From the human T2T-CHM13v2.0 reference genome, Homo sapiens: a stretch of DNA of 64,000 nt. This document shows positions 14,478 to 29,900 of the stretch, one piece after another. Position 1 is the stretch's first letter. Every line of letters begins with the position of its first letter. The position numbers and the translations under genes are program-made. Under the pieces are notes generated by a model. That model did not search any database and was not told the DNA's origin. It worked only from the letters and a program-made list of their open reading frames with translations. The stretch lies in NCBI RefSeq assembly GCF_009914755.1, contig NC_060936.1. The stretch is one strand, 5' to 3'.

Positions 14478-15103
14478 ATTTTGCTTTTTAAGGAGAATTT
14501 CTAACATATCAATTTTGAATACAATCCAAGGATTAGATGTTTATGCTATATGTCTATTGATTTAAGAGTTTAACTGAAAGCACTGTAACAAAAATGGCTT
14601 GTGAAATCTTGAGCCAGTTGAAATCAGCTTGTCTTTTATACCAAAAGACACCTAGAAAATATTTATTTCAAATGCCTGAGATTTAACCTATGGCCAGGTT
14701 GTTAAACAGTGGACTGTTTATTTTTAACTGAAACAAGTCAATGGATATAATGGTGTAACATTTTAATGAGAGGAAAGTAATTTCCCAAGCCAAAAAATTG
14801 TACTTTGTAAAATGCAAGAAATTACTAAGATGATTGCAAATTGTGTAAACTTTGAAGATGCTAAGACTGTCATGTCAACCAAGAATATCCTAAAGCATTT
14901 AACCTAATTATGACTTTGTAAATATACAATTATAAATATGTACTATTTTATTTACTTTAGTTATTCTTTAAAATACTAAGGAATATGATGAACATTGAGG
15001 AAACGGTGAAGATATTTTTAATTACCGGGTTATAAATCCAAAACAAATAATATCTAACATTAGTTCCTTGTACATCAAAAATATTAAAAATATTTCTTGG
15101 CTT

Positions 15104-15506
<403 letters not shown>

Positions 15507-15769
15507 TCATGTAATGCATTTACTTTGTCAGTATACTACCACAGCACAGTGAATAAAACCTCTGTACCAGAATGTCTTACAATTTATGTAGGCACCATAA
15601 TGAGATAACTAATTTCTGAAATTGACTTCTATAAATGTCCTCAATCAATTCAAACTCAACTCTTGAAGAGAGAGCAAGAGAGAGAAAAAGAGAAAGAATA
15701 TGAATATAAACACAATTAAAGTGCAAACATATTTGTACATGTTTAACAAGAAAGAGAACACTTGAAGAA

Positions 15770-16140
15770 GTACAGAGTGGCTCAATGTGACTATTCGTAG
15801 GTAAACAATGGGAAACGAGGCTAAACCTTAGGCAAAGATCAGACTTTGAAGAGTGTTTGTACCATGCTAAAGTTTACAGAATTTATTCCTGCTCTTTGAG
15901 GGTGCATTGCAAATCCAGGCTAGAGGGAGAGATACCAGTTAGGAGAGTACAGCAATACTCTACTGGGAAATGGTGAGGTGTTTCGTGAAGACAATGGCAA
16001 CACAGATGAAGACATGCAGATGGAGGAAATAAAGATCCAGTTGAGCTTGTTGGCCAGTTGGATAGAGGTTGAGGTTATGCATGATGGAGCAATCTAGGTT
16101 TTTGTCTTGGGTAGGTGTTTCCATGATAGTACTCAGAATG
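15770..16140 (-). mobile_element. L2 fragment
   Basis: gtaggcaaagatcagactttgaag-like segment, ccatgctaaagtt, and gagataccagttaggag motifs. Confidence 0.5.
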
Positions 16141-16759
16141 AATCATATAGTTGTACAGGTTGAATCCCACCCATGTTTGCACAATAGAGTGACTGTCTAG
16201 CTGAAATCCAGATGACACTCTGTATGCTAAGCTATGCTTCATGGAACTGTATAAAGGCACTTGCTACATAGGCTAGTGGCAGATCTGGAAGTAACCTATA
16301 TGGTATATAGGAAATGAGGTGGCTTTTGTATAAATCCTACAGATAAATTTCATTTCCTGATCCTATTATTTTGACTCATGTTAGCCCAAGAAGAGTATTC
16401 AGTACTTCATATCCCTGAAGGTAAGACAGAGTAGTATTAGATTCACTATTTGGCAAATAAAAGGGATCAAGTCCTAAGATCAAGCTGATGAATCAACACC
16501 TCATAGGATATGTCCCAACCAATTATATGGCTTCCCCTATAAATAAAATCTAGTTCTCTTCTCTGGAGAGGAACAGTGAAGAATATCATAACCTATGCTA
16601 CAAACTGCTTGAGTAGGAGCTACTTCTCTCCAAGGCTTTATATCATTCATTCTGGCAGGCCCCTCTGTTTGTTCTCACCAGCTCCTGGGAAATTTATTTC
16701 TCCTCTAGTGATATAAAAGCTCTCTGTTTGAGATGAAGGGCTGCCCAGTTTATCAGATC

Positions 16760-17124
16760 TGTATTAGTCTGTTCTCAGGCTGCTAATAAAGACATACCTG
16801 AGACTGAGTAATTTATGAAGGAAAGAGGTTTAATTGACTCACAGTTCCACATGGCTGGGGAGGCCTCACAATCATGGCGAAAGACTAATAAGGAGCAAAG
16901 TCACATCTTACATGGCTGCAGACAAGAGAGCATGTGCAGGGGAACTGCTCTCCATAAAACCATCAGATCTTGTGAGACTTGTTCACTATTACAAGAACAA
17001 CAGACAGGAAAACCCGCCCCCTCAATTCAATTACCTGCCACTGGGACCCTCCCACAACACATGGGGATTATGAGAGCTACAATTCAAGATGAGATTTGGG
17101 TGGGGATACCGCCAAACCATATGA
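16760..17124 (-). mobile_element. THE1 solo LTR
   Basis: tgtattagtctgttctc...gctaataaagacatacctgagact...caattcaagatgagatttgggtgggg...ccaaaccatatga; TSD agatc/agttc. Confidence 0.9.
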
Positions 17125-20100
17125 AGTTCTTTCTTTGTTACTGGGTACCATATCCATTCTGTTGAGGTTCTGAGCCTTTCCAGTTACTGTAACTCCTCTA
17201 TCTCCTGTCTGTGCTAAGACTCAGTGACCTCTCTCTGCCTTGCTTCTGCTTTGTCCTGACCCTTTCTGTGCATGCACTCACTCTAGTTTGCCCACCTGAG
17301 GTGAGAGATGGTCCAGATTAGCAACAACAATCTGTGGACTAAAATCCTCTTTAGGGAGGAAGCAAAATTCAGATGGATGTTACTAAACAAAGCTCAGAAA
17401 CAGAGACCAGGGTGTGGGAAGTAAGGTAGTAGCCTGAGAGCAGCTGGCAGTGTTTTAGACCTGGAGGGAGGTTAGGTCATCAGCAATGAGGAGACTGCCT
17501 GGAAAATCCTAGAAAATTAAGACATCTGGTCAGGCAAGGTCATATCACCAGCACACTTCCCTTTTCAAGTTGAATCCCTTTCCTCTGTTAAGAGGATTCA
17601 AGTGTCTTTCTTGCATTTTGTCTTCTCTTCTATATCCATGCTTGCAATATAAGGAGACAGCAGTTGGCTGTTTGTGCTAGAAAATATAAATGGCCATTTT
17701 GAAAGCATGCCAGACAGGATCTGCGGCAAGTTTTCAATGTTACTGCTGCCATCTGTTGTTCTTCAGTGCTGGGATGTGAATCTCTTGGCAAACATCTCTC
17801 TAATTCTGAACTATCTTTCACCCCCATCTAGAGATATTCACTTACTGAAGTGCCTTTTTAAAGCAATGTTCCTCACCAAGGCGATGTTCTGAATGTTTTA
17901 AAATGGAAGAATCTGGAATGTTTTTATTATAATACATTTTGTATATCCCAAAGCAAAAATCAATTTCTTCATGGTTAATACTTTTGTAATTTTGTTTTTA
18001 ATAATATTTTCCTTTTAAATATAAGAAATATTTTATTGAATTAATACTTTAATGTAGCTGTTTCAAGTAAGATAAAACAGAACAGATTACTGTTTTCAAC
18101 CTTGTTCACAGTTAGCTCTGTAACTAAGTTGTTGAGCTTTATCTAAGCTTTTTTATTTTTACATAACGTTTCCCTTTTCACTTAACCTTGAAATTATAGT
18201 AATTTGGGAACTTCTATTCCTCTGAAAGAGAAAGCTAATGCCAAAGATATTTCAAGGGAGAAAGAAGGTTTTTAAAAGGAGAGACAATTCAGCTCAGACT
18301 TAATAGCTGTGATTGCTATTTATTAAGCAGAACGCCTATAACTAAATTCTCAGATATCCAAAAAACAGCCTGTACATTCTCAAAAGTGAAGATTACACAT
18401 TTTCTAAGTTAAGGTAAAAGTTTTGTCTCTGTAGCATCTTACTGATTTCTATCTTCTCATTCTGCCTTAATAATGTCACTAAATAAATGTTTGATGCACT
18501 AATACATGAATAAAACTATTCATGGTAATGATTCTTTAGAAACACAGCTAAGTTTTGTAATTTTGTTTTTTAAAAATTAAAAATTTAAATATAAAAATGT
18601 TTTTAAAAGGCTTGAATTTCTTGTTAAATGTACACATTTTAAGTTGTAGGCTGTCTTTAAAAATAATCTCTCCACACACTGTAGTATTTAAAACATCATG
18701 ATATTACTATAAAACATCAACAAATAGGGCAGTGGAAAACATGGTAATCACTAAAAATGCTCACATGTCATATATTAAGACTTGATAAGTAAACCACAAT
18801 AATAAATAGAAAAGAAATAGTTGTCTAAAAAGGGATTCTCACCTTTCAAACCTTACCATAAAAATGGAATATAAAAGAAGGAAGAGGAGGAGAAATCAAA
18901 TTATATCATAAAATTTTCTGGGCAAAAATATTACAGAAGAAAATAAGAAAGATTTATGGAGTTGACTGAAACATTTTTGAATCCTATACATAAAAATATC
19001 GTTAATTAAAAGGAAAAACAAAGAAACAGATTTGGGAAATATTTGAAACTGGTTTTTTTTTAGCATTTAAAAATGTAATACAAATGGATTATTTAAACTC
19101 CATTGCAAAAATACACAAAGGACATTGACAATGTCTGGAAATAAAATTAGCTAAGTAAGTTATAGAAAAACTCAGTCTCACAATTTGACAAATGTAACTG
19201 AAAACTATTAATATAATTAGTAACTATTTTTACATGTCAAAATTTTTGAATTACTAAAGGAAACCACAATGCCTGAAAGTATCCAGGGTTTTTTTTTTTT
19301 TTTATAATATTGGCACTGTCATATGGGTGGCAGGAATTGAAGTGATGTTGTTTCTTCAGTTATTAAGTTGCATCTGCAGTGTTTCAAATGTCCAAAACCT
19401 GTGAGTCAGTAATTCTCTTTTTGTATATTTATCCTAATACAATAATTCTAAACATAATCTCAATATATATGTACAAAGTTATTCACTGCAGTGTTACTTA
19501 CAATAGTTAGAAAATTGTAAAATGCTTTATGCATCTTAAAATATAAATTGTTGAATATATAATAGTCCATATGATATAATTATATCATTATTATAAATAA
19601 TGAATTAGAAAATAATTTAAGAGCATTAAAATAATTATAAGGTAATATGAAGTGAATGAATAATGTACAGATACTATAATCAGCAGAGTGTTAACTAGGT
19701 AAATTTTTATGTGTGTATATACTACTTCCTAAAAATGACTTGACAGAAATCATCAAAATGCTAATGGTGGTTACTTCTGGGTGGGAATACAGATGATTTA
19801 CTTTGTTCCTTTTATGTATTTCTGCACTGCCCAGTCTTCCACAGTGAGCATATATTGGTTTTTAAATTTATATAAGATGGAAAAAGATACCAAATGGTCT
19901 TCAATGAATCCTGGAGTTAACTTTCATGTGTGTCATATGTTATATTCTAAACTTATCACAAATAGAAGACTTTAAATCAACTTGTACCTATTTCAACTAT
20001 ATAACAGCATCTTTAAAATGAGCATTGAATTAAACTACCAAAACCAACCATCATGAGGATTATTCAAGTAATGTGTTTAAACAAAAGAATTTGTAATAAA

Positions 20101-22454
20101 ATTACTTTATCTCCTTTGTGATTTCAGCCCATTTAAAAAAAATAGATGTTTCTACTCTCCTTCAGATATCATTAAAACATAAACTTGTGCCTGACTGCAT
20201 AAATCCCTTTTAAACTAATATCACTTATTACGTTTAACTAAGTCTACCTAGGGCTTCCTTGTATAAAGAACAAGAGCTTTCCATTTTTTGTTTACCTAGC
20301 CCTTTCTGATGCCACGACAGAATAGCTGTAAATCTTCATTATTTATATTCTAGAGAAAATAAAAGCAAATAAAAAGGTCAGTGTATAAAGTTTATTGGTT
20401 GTTCTCTTTACTCAAAACCCACATGGTATTAATGTTAGTCTCTATGAATATTTCATGGATAAAATCAGAGCATTAAGTGCATACTAAAAACAATAAGAAT
20501 GGAAAGACTTTAACCTTATGTTTATATGAATTTCTAGGTTATCAAGAAGTTTATAGGCTATAGGCTATAAAGTCTTAGGCTATGATATAGTAACCTAATG
20601 TAGACTTCCCTTGATACATGAAAATAATGGTACTAAGTACAAACAGAAGATGAGCTTAAAATTATTCTTTGAGTCCTCTTGATGGATTTTTTCCCCCACA
20701 CTTTCCCCAAAATTGTTTTATGCCTATATTGTAGGAGACCATGCAAGAGACCTAGAGTCTCTTTTTCTTTCATCACTTTCCAATCAACAGCAAATCCTAT
20801 CATTTTTACCACAAAATATATCTTGAAACTCCCTTCTTTTGATTTACTTGTAACTCCCCATCAAAAACTGAAGAGTGTCACAATACTTCATTAAGTTCCC
20901 TACTTGCACTCTACCTTTAATATATTTGTAGCACTAAAATGTTTTTAAAACATATATCTGCTTATGTCATTTTACTGCTCAATACTATCTGATTTTCTAT
21001 TGCACTTCTAAGATACTCTAATTTCTTAGCACTCTATATAAAATCCTTTAAGGGCTTCCCTGCTCACCTTTTCAGACTCAGAACTATGTATTTCCTTTTG
21101 CCTGCTGTACTTGTACCACTGGATTCTTGATTTTTGTTACTTCCAGGTTTTTACACTTATTTTTACAATAAATGTGAAATACCCTTTTTGACAATATCTA
21201 CAAATATTTCTTATTTGTCTTTATTGCTCTTTCCTGTAATGTTTAGTCTTCATTTTCCTGATAATGGCTATCTAAAGTTATCTCCTCAAAGAAGCAGTTA
21301 TTTATTCACCCAAATCTTCTAGTCCTTCTCTGGAGTTTTCTTCTCACTTCATTCCCTTGGTTTTTGCCACAATTTGTAATAATTTGCAATTTGGAGTGTT
21401 AGAATGAGGGAATAAATCACAGGTAATGACTATAGTTTGTGACTATGTAAGATTGGATTCGTTATTGATTTATTCCACAAACACTGAGGCACTGCATTTA
21501 GCCAAATGCCAATCTTGGGCAGTGAGACTCTGAAAGAGAATCTGCTTCCCCCACCATAAACTACAAAGTGAAACAACTCAGAATGTACATAAATTACAGA
21601 ATGAAAGCACACTAGAAGTAAACACAGATGTGGAAGAGGTAAAGTGTCCTTGAAAATCATGGAAAGATTCATAAAGGGAATGACATTTCAACTGGATTCT
21701 AAACCAGTTATTCAAGCTCCACAAGGTTGCACAGTAAATGAGCAGTGGCAGGATGACATACCTTAGAAAGTAAAAGGAATCTTTTTTAAACTGCTATAAA
21801 AATCATTACATATACATTTTGTAGGTCGAGAGTAAGGTATTTAACATAAAATCATTTTAGTATATCAGTGTTTATATAGACTTAGGTTTTTCTCATTTAA
21901 AACCTCTTTTAATGACTTGTGCTTTTCTTCATGGTAATAAAACATTTTCCCAGGAAGTGCTGAATAAATCTTTCTTGAAATACGTTTTATTGCTTTCTAT
22001 CAATGACCCTGAAGTAATACAGAATTTACACTTCAGCGGTTGCAATGCTCAAACTTGACAGGTAATGCACTGTGTTTGCTGATATAAGAGGTATGATGTA
22101 GGGCTAAGTGGTTTTGTGCTCATTTAGCTTTCAGGAGAAAATAATTGACTTAACATTTTGATACTAAAACCCAAAGCCTAACAGTTAATTCTTGGTATTT
22201 TAAATTATTATTGCAAAGATTATTGTGCCGAATAATATGAAAATATTTTATATAATATTTAAAAAGTATATCTCTTTCTTGGTATTATTTAAATTACCAT
22301 AAAAATGTGCGAAAAAGTTATACTGAAATGTGATAGGATCTTTTAAAAGTGGTGCCTTGATTTTGTTAAGTGTTACCTAGTTTTCCTCTGAAAACAAGAA
22401 ACATACCCAGAAGTTTTCACGAAATGGTCTCATGAATATCTAAGGTTAGTCCGT

Positions 22455-24250
22455 AGTCTCATCTGAGACAAGGAAAGTCCCTTCCACTATGAGCCTGTAA
22501 AATCACAAGCAAGCTAGTTACTTCCTAGATACAATGGGAGTACTGGTATTGGGTAAACACAGCTGTTTCAAATGGGAGAAATTGGCCAAAATTAATGGGT
22601 TACAGGGCATGCAATTCCGAAATCCATCTGGGCAGTCAAATTGTAAAACTCCAAAATGATCTCTTTTGACTCCATGTCTCACATCCAGGACATGCTGATG
22701 CAAGAGATAGGTTCCCATAATCTTTGGCAGCTCTGCCCCTGTGGCTTTGCAGGGTATAGCACCCCTCCCAGCTGCTTTCACAGGCTGGCATTGAGTGTCT
22801 GTGGCTTTCCCAGGAACAAGGTGCAAGCTGTTGGTGGATCTACCATTCTGGGGTTTGGAGGATGATGGCCCTCTTCTCATAGCTCCACTAGGCCGTGCTC
22901 CAGTAGAGACTCTGTGGGGGCTCTGACCCCAGATTTCCCTCCTGCACTGCCCTAGCAGAGATTCTTCATGAGGGCCGTGCCCCTGCAGAAAACTCTTTCC
23001 TGGGCATCCAGGCATTTCCATACATCTGAAATCTAGGTGGAGGTTCCCAAACCTCGATTCTTAATTTCTGTGCACCTGCAGGCTCTCTACCACGTGGAAG
23101 CTGCCAAGGTTTGGGGCTTGCACCCTCTGAAACCACAGGCTGAGCTATACCTTGGCCCCTTTTAGCAATGGCTGGAGTGACTGGGACACAGGGCACCAAG
23201 TCTCTAGGCTGCACACAGTATGGGCACCCTGGGCCCAGCCCTCAAAATCATTTTTTCCTCCTAGGCTTCTGGATCAGTGAAGGGTGGGGCTGCCATGAAG
23301 ACCTATGACATGCCCTGGAGACATTTTCCCCATTGTCTTGGGGATTAACACTGGCTCCTTGTTACTTATGCAGATTTCTGCAGCCAGCTGAATTTCTCCT
23401 CAAAAAATGGGTTTTTCTTTTCTACTGCATTGTCAGGCTGCAAATTTTCTGAACTTTTATGCTGTTTCCCTTTTAAAATGCGATGCTCTAACAACACCCG
23501 TCACCTCTTGAATGCTTTGCTGCTTAGAAATTTCTTCTGTCAGATACCCTAAATCATCTCTCTCAAGTTCAGAGTTCCACAAATCTCTAGGGCAGGGGCA
23601 AAATGCCACCAGTCTCTTTGCTAAAACATAACAAGAGTCGCCTTTGCTCCAGTTCTCAGCAAGTTCCTCATCTCCATCCGAGACAACCTCAGCCTGGTCC
23701 TTATTGTTTATATCACTATAAAAATTTTTGTCAAAGCCATTCAACAAGTCTCTACTCCAAACTTTCCCACATTTTCCTGTCTTCTTCTGAGCCCTCCAAA
23801 TTGTTCCAGCCTCTGCCTGATACACAGTCCCAAAGTTACTTCCACATTTTTGGATATCTTTTCAGCAATGCCCCGCTCTACTGGTACCAACTTACTTTGT
23901 TAGTCCGTTTTCACACTGTTGATAAAGACATACCCAAGACTGGAAAGAAAAAAAGGTTTAATTGGACTTACAGTTCCACATGGCTAGGGAGGCTTCACAA
24001 TCATGGCAGGAGGCAAAAGGCATTTCTTACATGATGGCAGCAAGAGAAAATGAGGAAGATGCAAACGCAGAAATCCCTGATAAAACCATCGGACCTTGTA
24101 AGACTTATTCACTACCACTAGGACAGTATGGGTGATACCACCCCCATGATTCAAATGATCTCCAACCAGGTGCCTCCCACAACACATGGGAATTATGGGA
24201 ATACAATTCAAGATGAGATTTGGGTAGGGACACAGAGCCAAACTATATCA
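22455..24250 (-). mobile_element. THE1C-like MaLR: 5' LTR (about 23896-24250) plus internal region, with the 3' LTR missing
   Basis: The internal region is collinear with the full element at 32700-35054, and the int/LTR junction reads ctggtaccaacttac. Homology starts abruptly at agtctcatctgagacaagg. Confidence 0.9.
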
Positions 24251-25049
24251 CATGGATTTCTTATACTTTTGCTTTTAATAACACAAACAAAAAAATACAT
24301 CATTAAAAGGTTAGAAGTGAGAAGGTGTTTTTATGGAAATCAAAAATAATATCACCTTAGTGAACAGTATTCTTATGATTGTAGTTGAATTAGAGAGCAG
24401 AATACATCTAGAAGATTCAGTAGTAAGCATGTTTCTTCGATTAATGGAAAATTTGAATAGCCTAGCTGATTGAGATTGAGGTTACTATTAAATGCCTGAA
24501 GTATAAGAGTTGGTTGTTTATGTAAACAAAATATCTGTTTTACATGTACATGTGTAAGTAGGACTGTTGAGCCCCAGTAACATGAAATATCAAAGAGCAT
24601 GACTCGAATACCTGCCATATGAAGTGCTATTACATCAAAAAAGAGGCGTGTGCTGAAAAATTACCTACAAATGGCATTTTCCTCAAATCAATTTTAAATC
24701 TTCAGAATTTCATTTTAATAATTGTTTAGTTAATATTTCAGAATCCCTCATCATAAAAAGCAGGCAAAAGGCAAAAGTCCTTGAATGTATAACACATTTG
24801 TTTTCAAACAAGCCTGCCTCTAACTGTGAATCCAGGAGTGAATCCAGAACTACAAATTAACTAAGATTGGCCCCATCGAGTTACTGAACGTTAAAAATCT
24901 AAAAACTAAAAGGCATGCCTCAACAATTATTTTCTTCTTGGAATCATTAATTAACCTATGTGTATCCAAACAATAATCTTCCAGCAGTTTCGCTAGCTAC
25001 ATTTTTAATTACTTAATATCATGTAAAATTTGTTTTATTATTGTTCAGT

Positions 25050-26470
25050 TCTGAATTTTGACATATGCATCAAGCCATGCAACTGCTACCACAGTCTTCC
25101 TGATCACTGATCTGTTCTAAATCTCTATAGCATTTTTCCTTTTCTTAAATGTTGCATAAATAAAACCATACCTTATGTGGCCTTTTGAATCTGGCATCTT
25201 TAACTTAATGCGCTTGAAATTAATCTATGTCATTTCATGTATCAATGGCTCAATCTTTTTAATTGTTAAGAAAAAATGTATGCTGGGATAAATATCTTTC
25301 TAAATGAGTTTTTGTTCACAATGCTGAGTGTTTGTTTAGGATAGAGTCCTAGAAATGGTATCACTAGGTCAAACATTCAAATAATTTTAAAATATTTGAT
25401 ACATATTGCCAAATAATCTCAAATTTTTTACCAATATACATTTATGACAGTATGGGATAAATGTGTCTTTCTTATACCAACTGACAACATTAATGATAAT
25501 ACATAAAATATTCTTTGCTAATTTGATGGGACAGAAATGTTATATCCTTATTAGCATTTTATTATTGTGGTTGAATGACTGTACTGTACAGCCAGAGATA
25601 TTTGGTTCAAAATCCATCTTCATTATTTACTGTATGTGAAAATTTAGGTGAGCTATTTAATCTCTTGATGCCTTAGTCTCCTAATCTATAAAGTGGGGAT
25701 AATTGTACCAATCATATTAGGTTCCTGTGAGAATTAACTGAATTACTATAGAAAATGCTTAGAATGGTATCTAGTCACCAGGAAGGACTCTCTCTGTATT
25801 ACTTGTTTATTATCTAACACGTTTAATTATTAATGAAGCTCAGTTTCGTTATATGCTTGGGATATTTGAAACTTTTCTTAGTGAATTTTCCAATAAAATT
25901 ATTTGTCTATTTTTCTATGGACAAGTTGGTATTATTCTTACTGGTTTGTTTCAGGTTCAGTTAGTAAGAATTTTAAGGATTTTCTATCACATTTTAGCAA
26001 ACTTTTTCTGCATTTTATCTTTTTTCTTTCAGATAATGTTTGCAAAATGTAAAAAAAACAAAAGGTTTCTTCATCAAGTTGGTATCTTTATCTTTTTTAT
26101 TGCTTTGTGATTTGAAAATTCTTGTCCTGAGAACCAAAATATATATTTGATGAAATAGTTCTCTTCTTTTACTCATTCTGAAGTCATTGGAATTGAATTT
26201 GGCATATGATATAAATCCTAATTTTATATTTTATGATATTCAAAATTTCTAACAAATATTTACTTAATAATCTAATCCAGGTTTCTATTGTTTCTTCTGT
26301 TTCCTTTATAATGCTTTTTCTGAAGTTATTTTTCCTAGACTTAAATATTAGTATAATATTATCATAGAGGAAAAAATATCTGTTAGCTATGAATAAAAGG
26401 CTTTCATCTTATTGTTGCATTAATATATTTAAATGTAGAGAGCATACAGATTAGCAAAGAAAAAGTATAA
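25050..26470 (-). mobile_element. Old L1M(E) fragments (antisense), interrupted by a MIR at about 25575-25790
   Basis: T-rich L1M 3' motifs (cctagaaatggtatcactaggtcaaa, tgatacatattgccaaat); MIR core tgagctatttaatctcttgatgccttagtctcctaatctataaagtgggg. Confidence 0.5.
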
Positions 26471-26479
26471 TTGCCTTTT

Positions 26480-26925
26480 TTTATAGTTGACATGAACATG
26501 TATAAAGAAAAACCAAAAAAATCAATAAAACAACTAGAACTTATTAGTGAATTTAGCAAGATCATAGCATACAAAGCCAAGATTCAAAATTCCATTTTAT
26601 TTATCTACTAACAAAAAATATTTGAAATTTGAAAATTTAAATATGCCATTTACAATAACATCAAAATATTGAACAATAAAGTATTTAGGAATTTATAAAA
26701 TGAAATCTCCTATACCAGGAATTACAGACCATTGCTGAAATAAATGAAAGAAGACCAATATATGTGAAGAGATACTCATTTGTGGATTGAGAGACAATAT
26801 TGTTAAAGTATCAGTATTTCCCAAATTAATCAATAGATTCAATATAATGGTGAACAGAACACCAGAAGATGTTCTGTCGAAGCTGACAAGCTATTTCTAT
26901 AATTCAAATGGAAATGCAAAAGGCA
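26480..26925 (+). mobile_element. Old L1M ORF2 fragment; probably continues at about 31600-32030 after the nested L1
   Basis: caactagaacttattagtgaatttagcaag, atatgtgaagagatactc, aatattgttaaag, gctgacaagctatttct; the downstream part has gactgacaataccaagtattgacaaggatatggagcaactg. Confidence 0.65.
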
Positions 26926-29900
26926 GTCACTGCCAACACCAGCATGGACTGTCTGGGTTCCAGTAGGTTACTTCACTACTGCCTCTTCTGTCAGCCACAT
27001 CACGACAGCTGCCCAGAAGCCAGAGAAACTCCTCACACCTGGCCCACTGCTGCAGCTACCAGCATCCAGGCAAGCCACCATCAGCCCACTGGTAACTGCC
27101 AACAGAGGTACCACTGTACACTACCCTGGGGAACAAAGATAGGCATGTAGTCAGCCCACCTCTGCCACCACTAGGGCCTGAAGCCTGGCCCACCTGACAC
27201 TGCAGTCCTCAGCACAGCTTCATCACAGCTTCTGTTAATAACCACACCCTAACCTACCAAGGAAATCACAAATGTCACTGACACTGTTTGTAGCCAAAGA
27301 AATCATAGAGAGACTACATTACTGCACACACCCATAATCAAAGCCACAGTACCCTATCCAGACAACATCACAGGTATATCTAAAGGAAAAAATTTTCCCA
27401 TATGAAAGCGAATTCAAATATAGGAAGAAGCGACTGTTACAACAGATATGCAGATAAAGCTTCAACAATATCCTACATTCAACCAGAAGAAAGAATCTCA
27501 GAAGGTAAAGACAGGTCTTCTGAAATAATCTAGTCAGACAAAATTAAAAGAGAATAATCAAATCCTTCCTGACATTTGGGATAACATTAAAGTGACCAAA
27601 TATACGAATTATAGATACCCCTGAGAGTGAAAAGACAAAGAAAAGATTAGAAAACCCACTTAATTAAATAATATATGAAAACTTCCTAAGTCTAGCAAGA
27701 GTTTTAGATATTTGGGATGCAGGAGGCTCAATGGTCCCCAGGCCGATAAAACGCAAAAAGGTCTTATACACAGCACATTACAATCAGACTGTTTAAAGTC
27801 AAAGATAAGGAATAAATTCTAAAAACAGCAAGAGAAAGTGTATGATAACCTATGAAGTAAACCTTATCAGACTGACAGCAAATTTCTGGCAGAAACTTTA
27901 CAGGCCAGAAAGAATAGGACAATATATTCAAAGTGCTTAAAGAAAAAAAAAACTATCAGCCTTAAATACTATAGCCCACAAAATTATCCTTCATAAATGA
28001 AGGAGAAATAAAAGGTTTCCCAGACACGAAAATGCTGAGGTAGTTTGTTACTACTAGACTGGACCTACAATAAATGCTCAAGGGAGGTCTGGAAACTGGT
28101 AGTGAAAGGACGACATTTATCATCATGAAAATACATGAAAGTATAAAACTCCCTGGTAAGCAACTAAAGGGAGGTATCAAATGTTACCACCAGAGAAATC
28201 TAACTAACCACAATGACAAACAATAAGGGAAAAAGAAAGGAACAAAAATATATAAGACAACAAATAAACAACAATATAACAGGAAGCCTCACATATCAGT
28301 AATCACTTTGAATGTAAATGAATTACATTCTCCACCTAAACGTTATGAAATGCCTGAATGATAAAACTATATGATCCAAATATATGCTGATTACAAGAAA
28401 CTTACCAGGCAGACATACATAGGCTGAAAGTAAAAGAATGGTAAAAGATATTCCTTGCAAATGGAAAGCAATAGTGAGCAGGAGTAGCTATACTTAAATT
28501 AGATCATACAGACTTTAAGTCAAAAAGAGTAAAATAAAAAAGACAAAGGATGTTATTATATAATGATGAGATTAACCCAGCAATGGGAAATAACAACTCT
28601 AAATGTATATGCATTCAACACTAGAGAACTCAGATCCACAAAGCAAATATTAGACCTAAAGAGAGAAATAGACTGCAATACAGTAATAGTGGAGAACTTC
28701 AACACTCCACTTTCAGTATTAGACAGATAATCTAGGCAAAAAATCAACCAGTAAATTTTAGATTTAAACTAGATTTTAGACCAAATGGACCTAACAGACA
28801 TTTACAAAACATTCCATCCAACCACTGCAAAATGAAATTTGTGTCATCAGCACATGAAACAATGTCCAAGATAGACCACCATATGTTAGGCCACAAATCA
28901 TGTCTCAGCAATTTTTTAAAAGTTGAAATCATATCACATATCTTCTCAGACCACTGTTGAATAATGCTAGAAATCAATGCCAAGAATAACGTTGGAAACT
29001 ATACAAATACATGCAGATTAAACAACATGTTCCTGGTTGATCACTGGGACAATAAGGAAATTAAGCTGAAAATCAAAAAATTCTTGTAACAAATAAAGAT
29101 TGAAACATAACATATCAAAACCAGTGGCATACAGCAAAAGCAGTGCTAAGAGGGAAGTTTATAGCAATAAATGCTTACACTGAAAAAGTAGAAATATTTT
29201 AAAATTAGCAACCTAACAATGTGCCTGAAGAAACTAAAAAATCAAGAACAAATCAAACCCAAAATCAGCAGAAGAAACACAAAAATAAAGATCAGAAAAG
29301 AACTAAATCAAATAGAGACTAAAAAAATACAAATGATTAACAAAACTAAAATTTGGTTATTCAACAAGATAAATAAAATTGATAAACCGCTAGATAGACT
29401 AAACAAGGAAAAAGAATATCCAAATAAACACAATCAAAAACGATAAAGGAGACATTACAACAGATGCCACAGAAATAAAAAGGATCATCAGAGACTATTA
29501 TTAACAACTATATGCTGAAAAATGGAAAATATAGAGAAATAGATAAATTCCTAGAAACTTACAACCTACCAAGCTGTTGCATCAGGAAGAAATAGAAAAC
29601 CTGAACATATCAGTAATGATTAGCAAAATTGAATCAGTAATAAAAAACATCTCCCAACTCTTTTAAAGCTTTGGACCAAATAGCATCACAGCCTAATTCT
29701 ACCAATCATGCAAAGAAGAATACCAGTCTTCTTGATGCTATTACAATAAATCAGAGGAAGGAATTCTCTCTGGCTCATTCTACATGACCAGTGTCACCTT
29801 GAAACCAAAACCTGACAAGGACACCACAAAAAGAAAACTACAGGCCAATAACCATGATGAACACAGATGCAAAAATCATTAACAAAATACTGGCAAACGG

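Noticed and set aside
22518-24349. Cluster of 70-167 aa ORFs, with paralogous ORFs at 32917-34984 (e.g. RDLLNGFD...NWSKGDSCY.LAKRLVAFCPCPRDLW)
   Set aside because: These are fragmented remnants of the THE1/MaLR internal ORF and LTRs. The similarity reflects two copies of one repeat family, not a gene pair.
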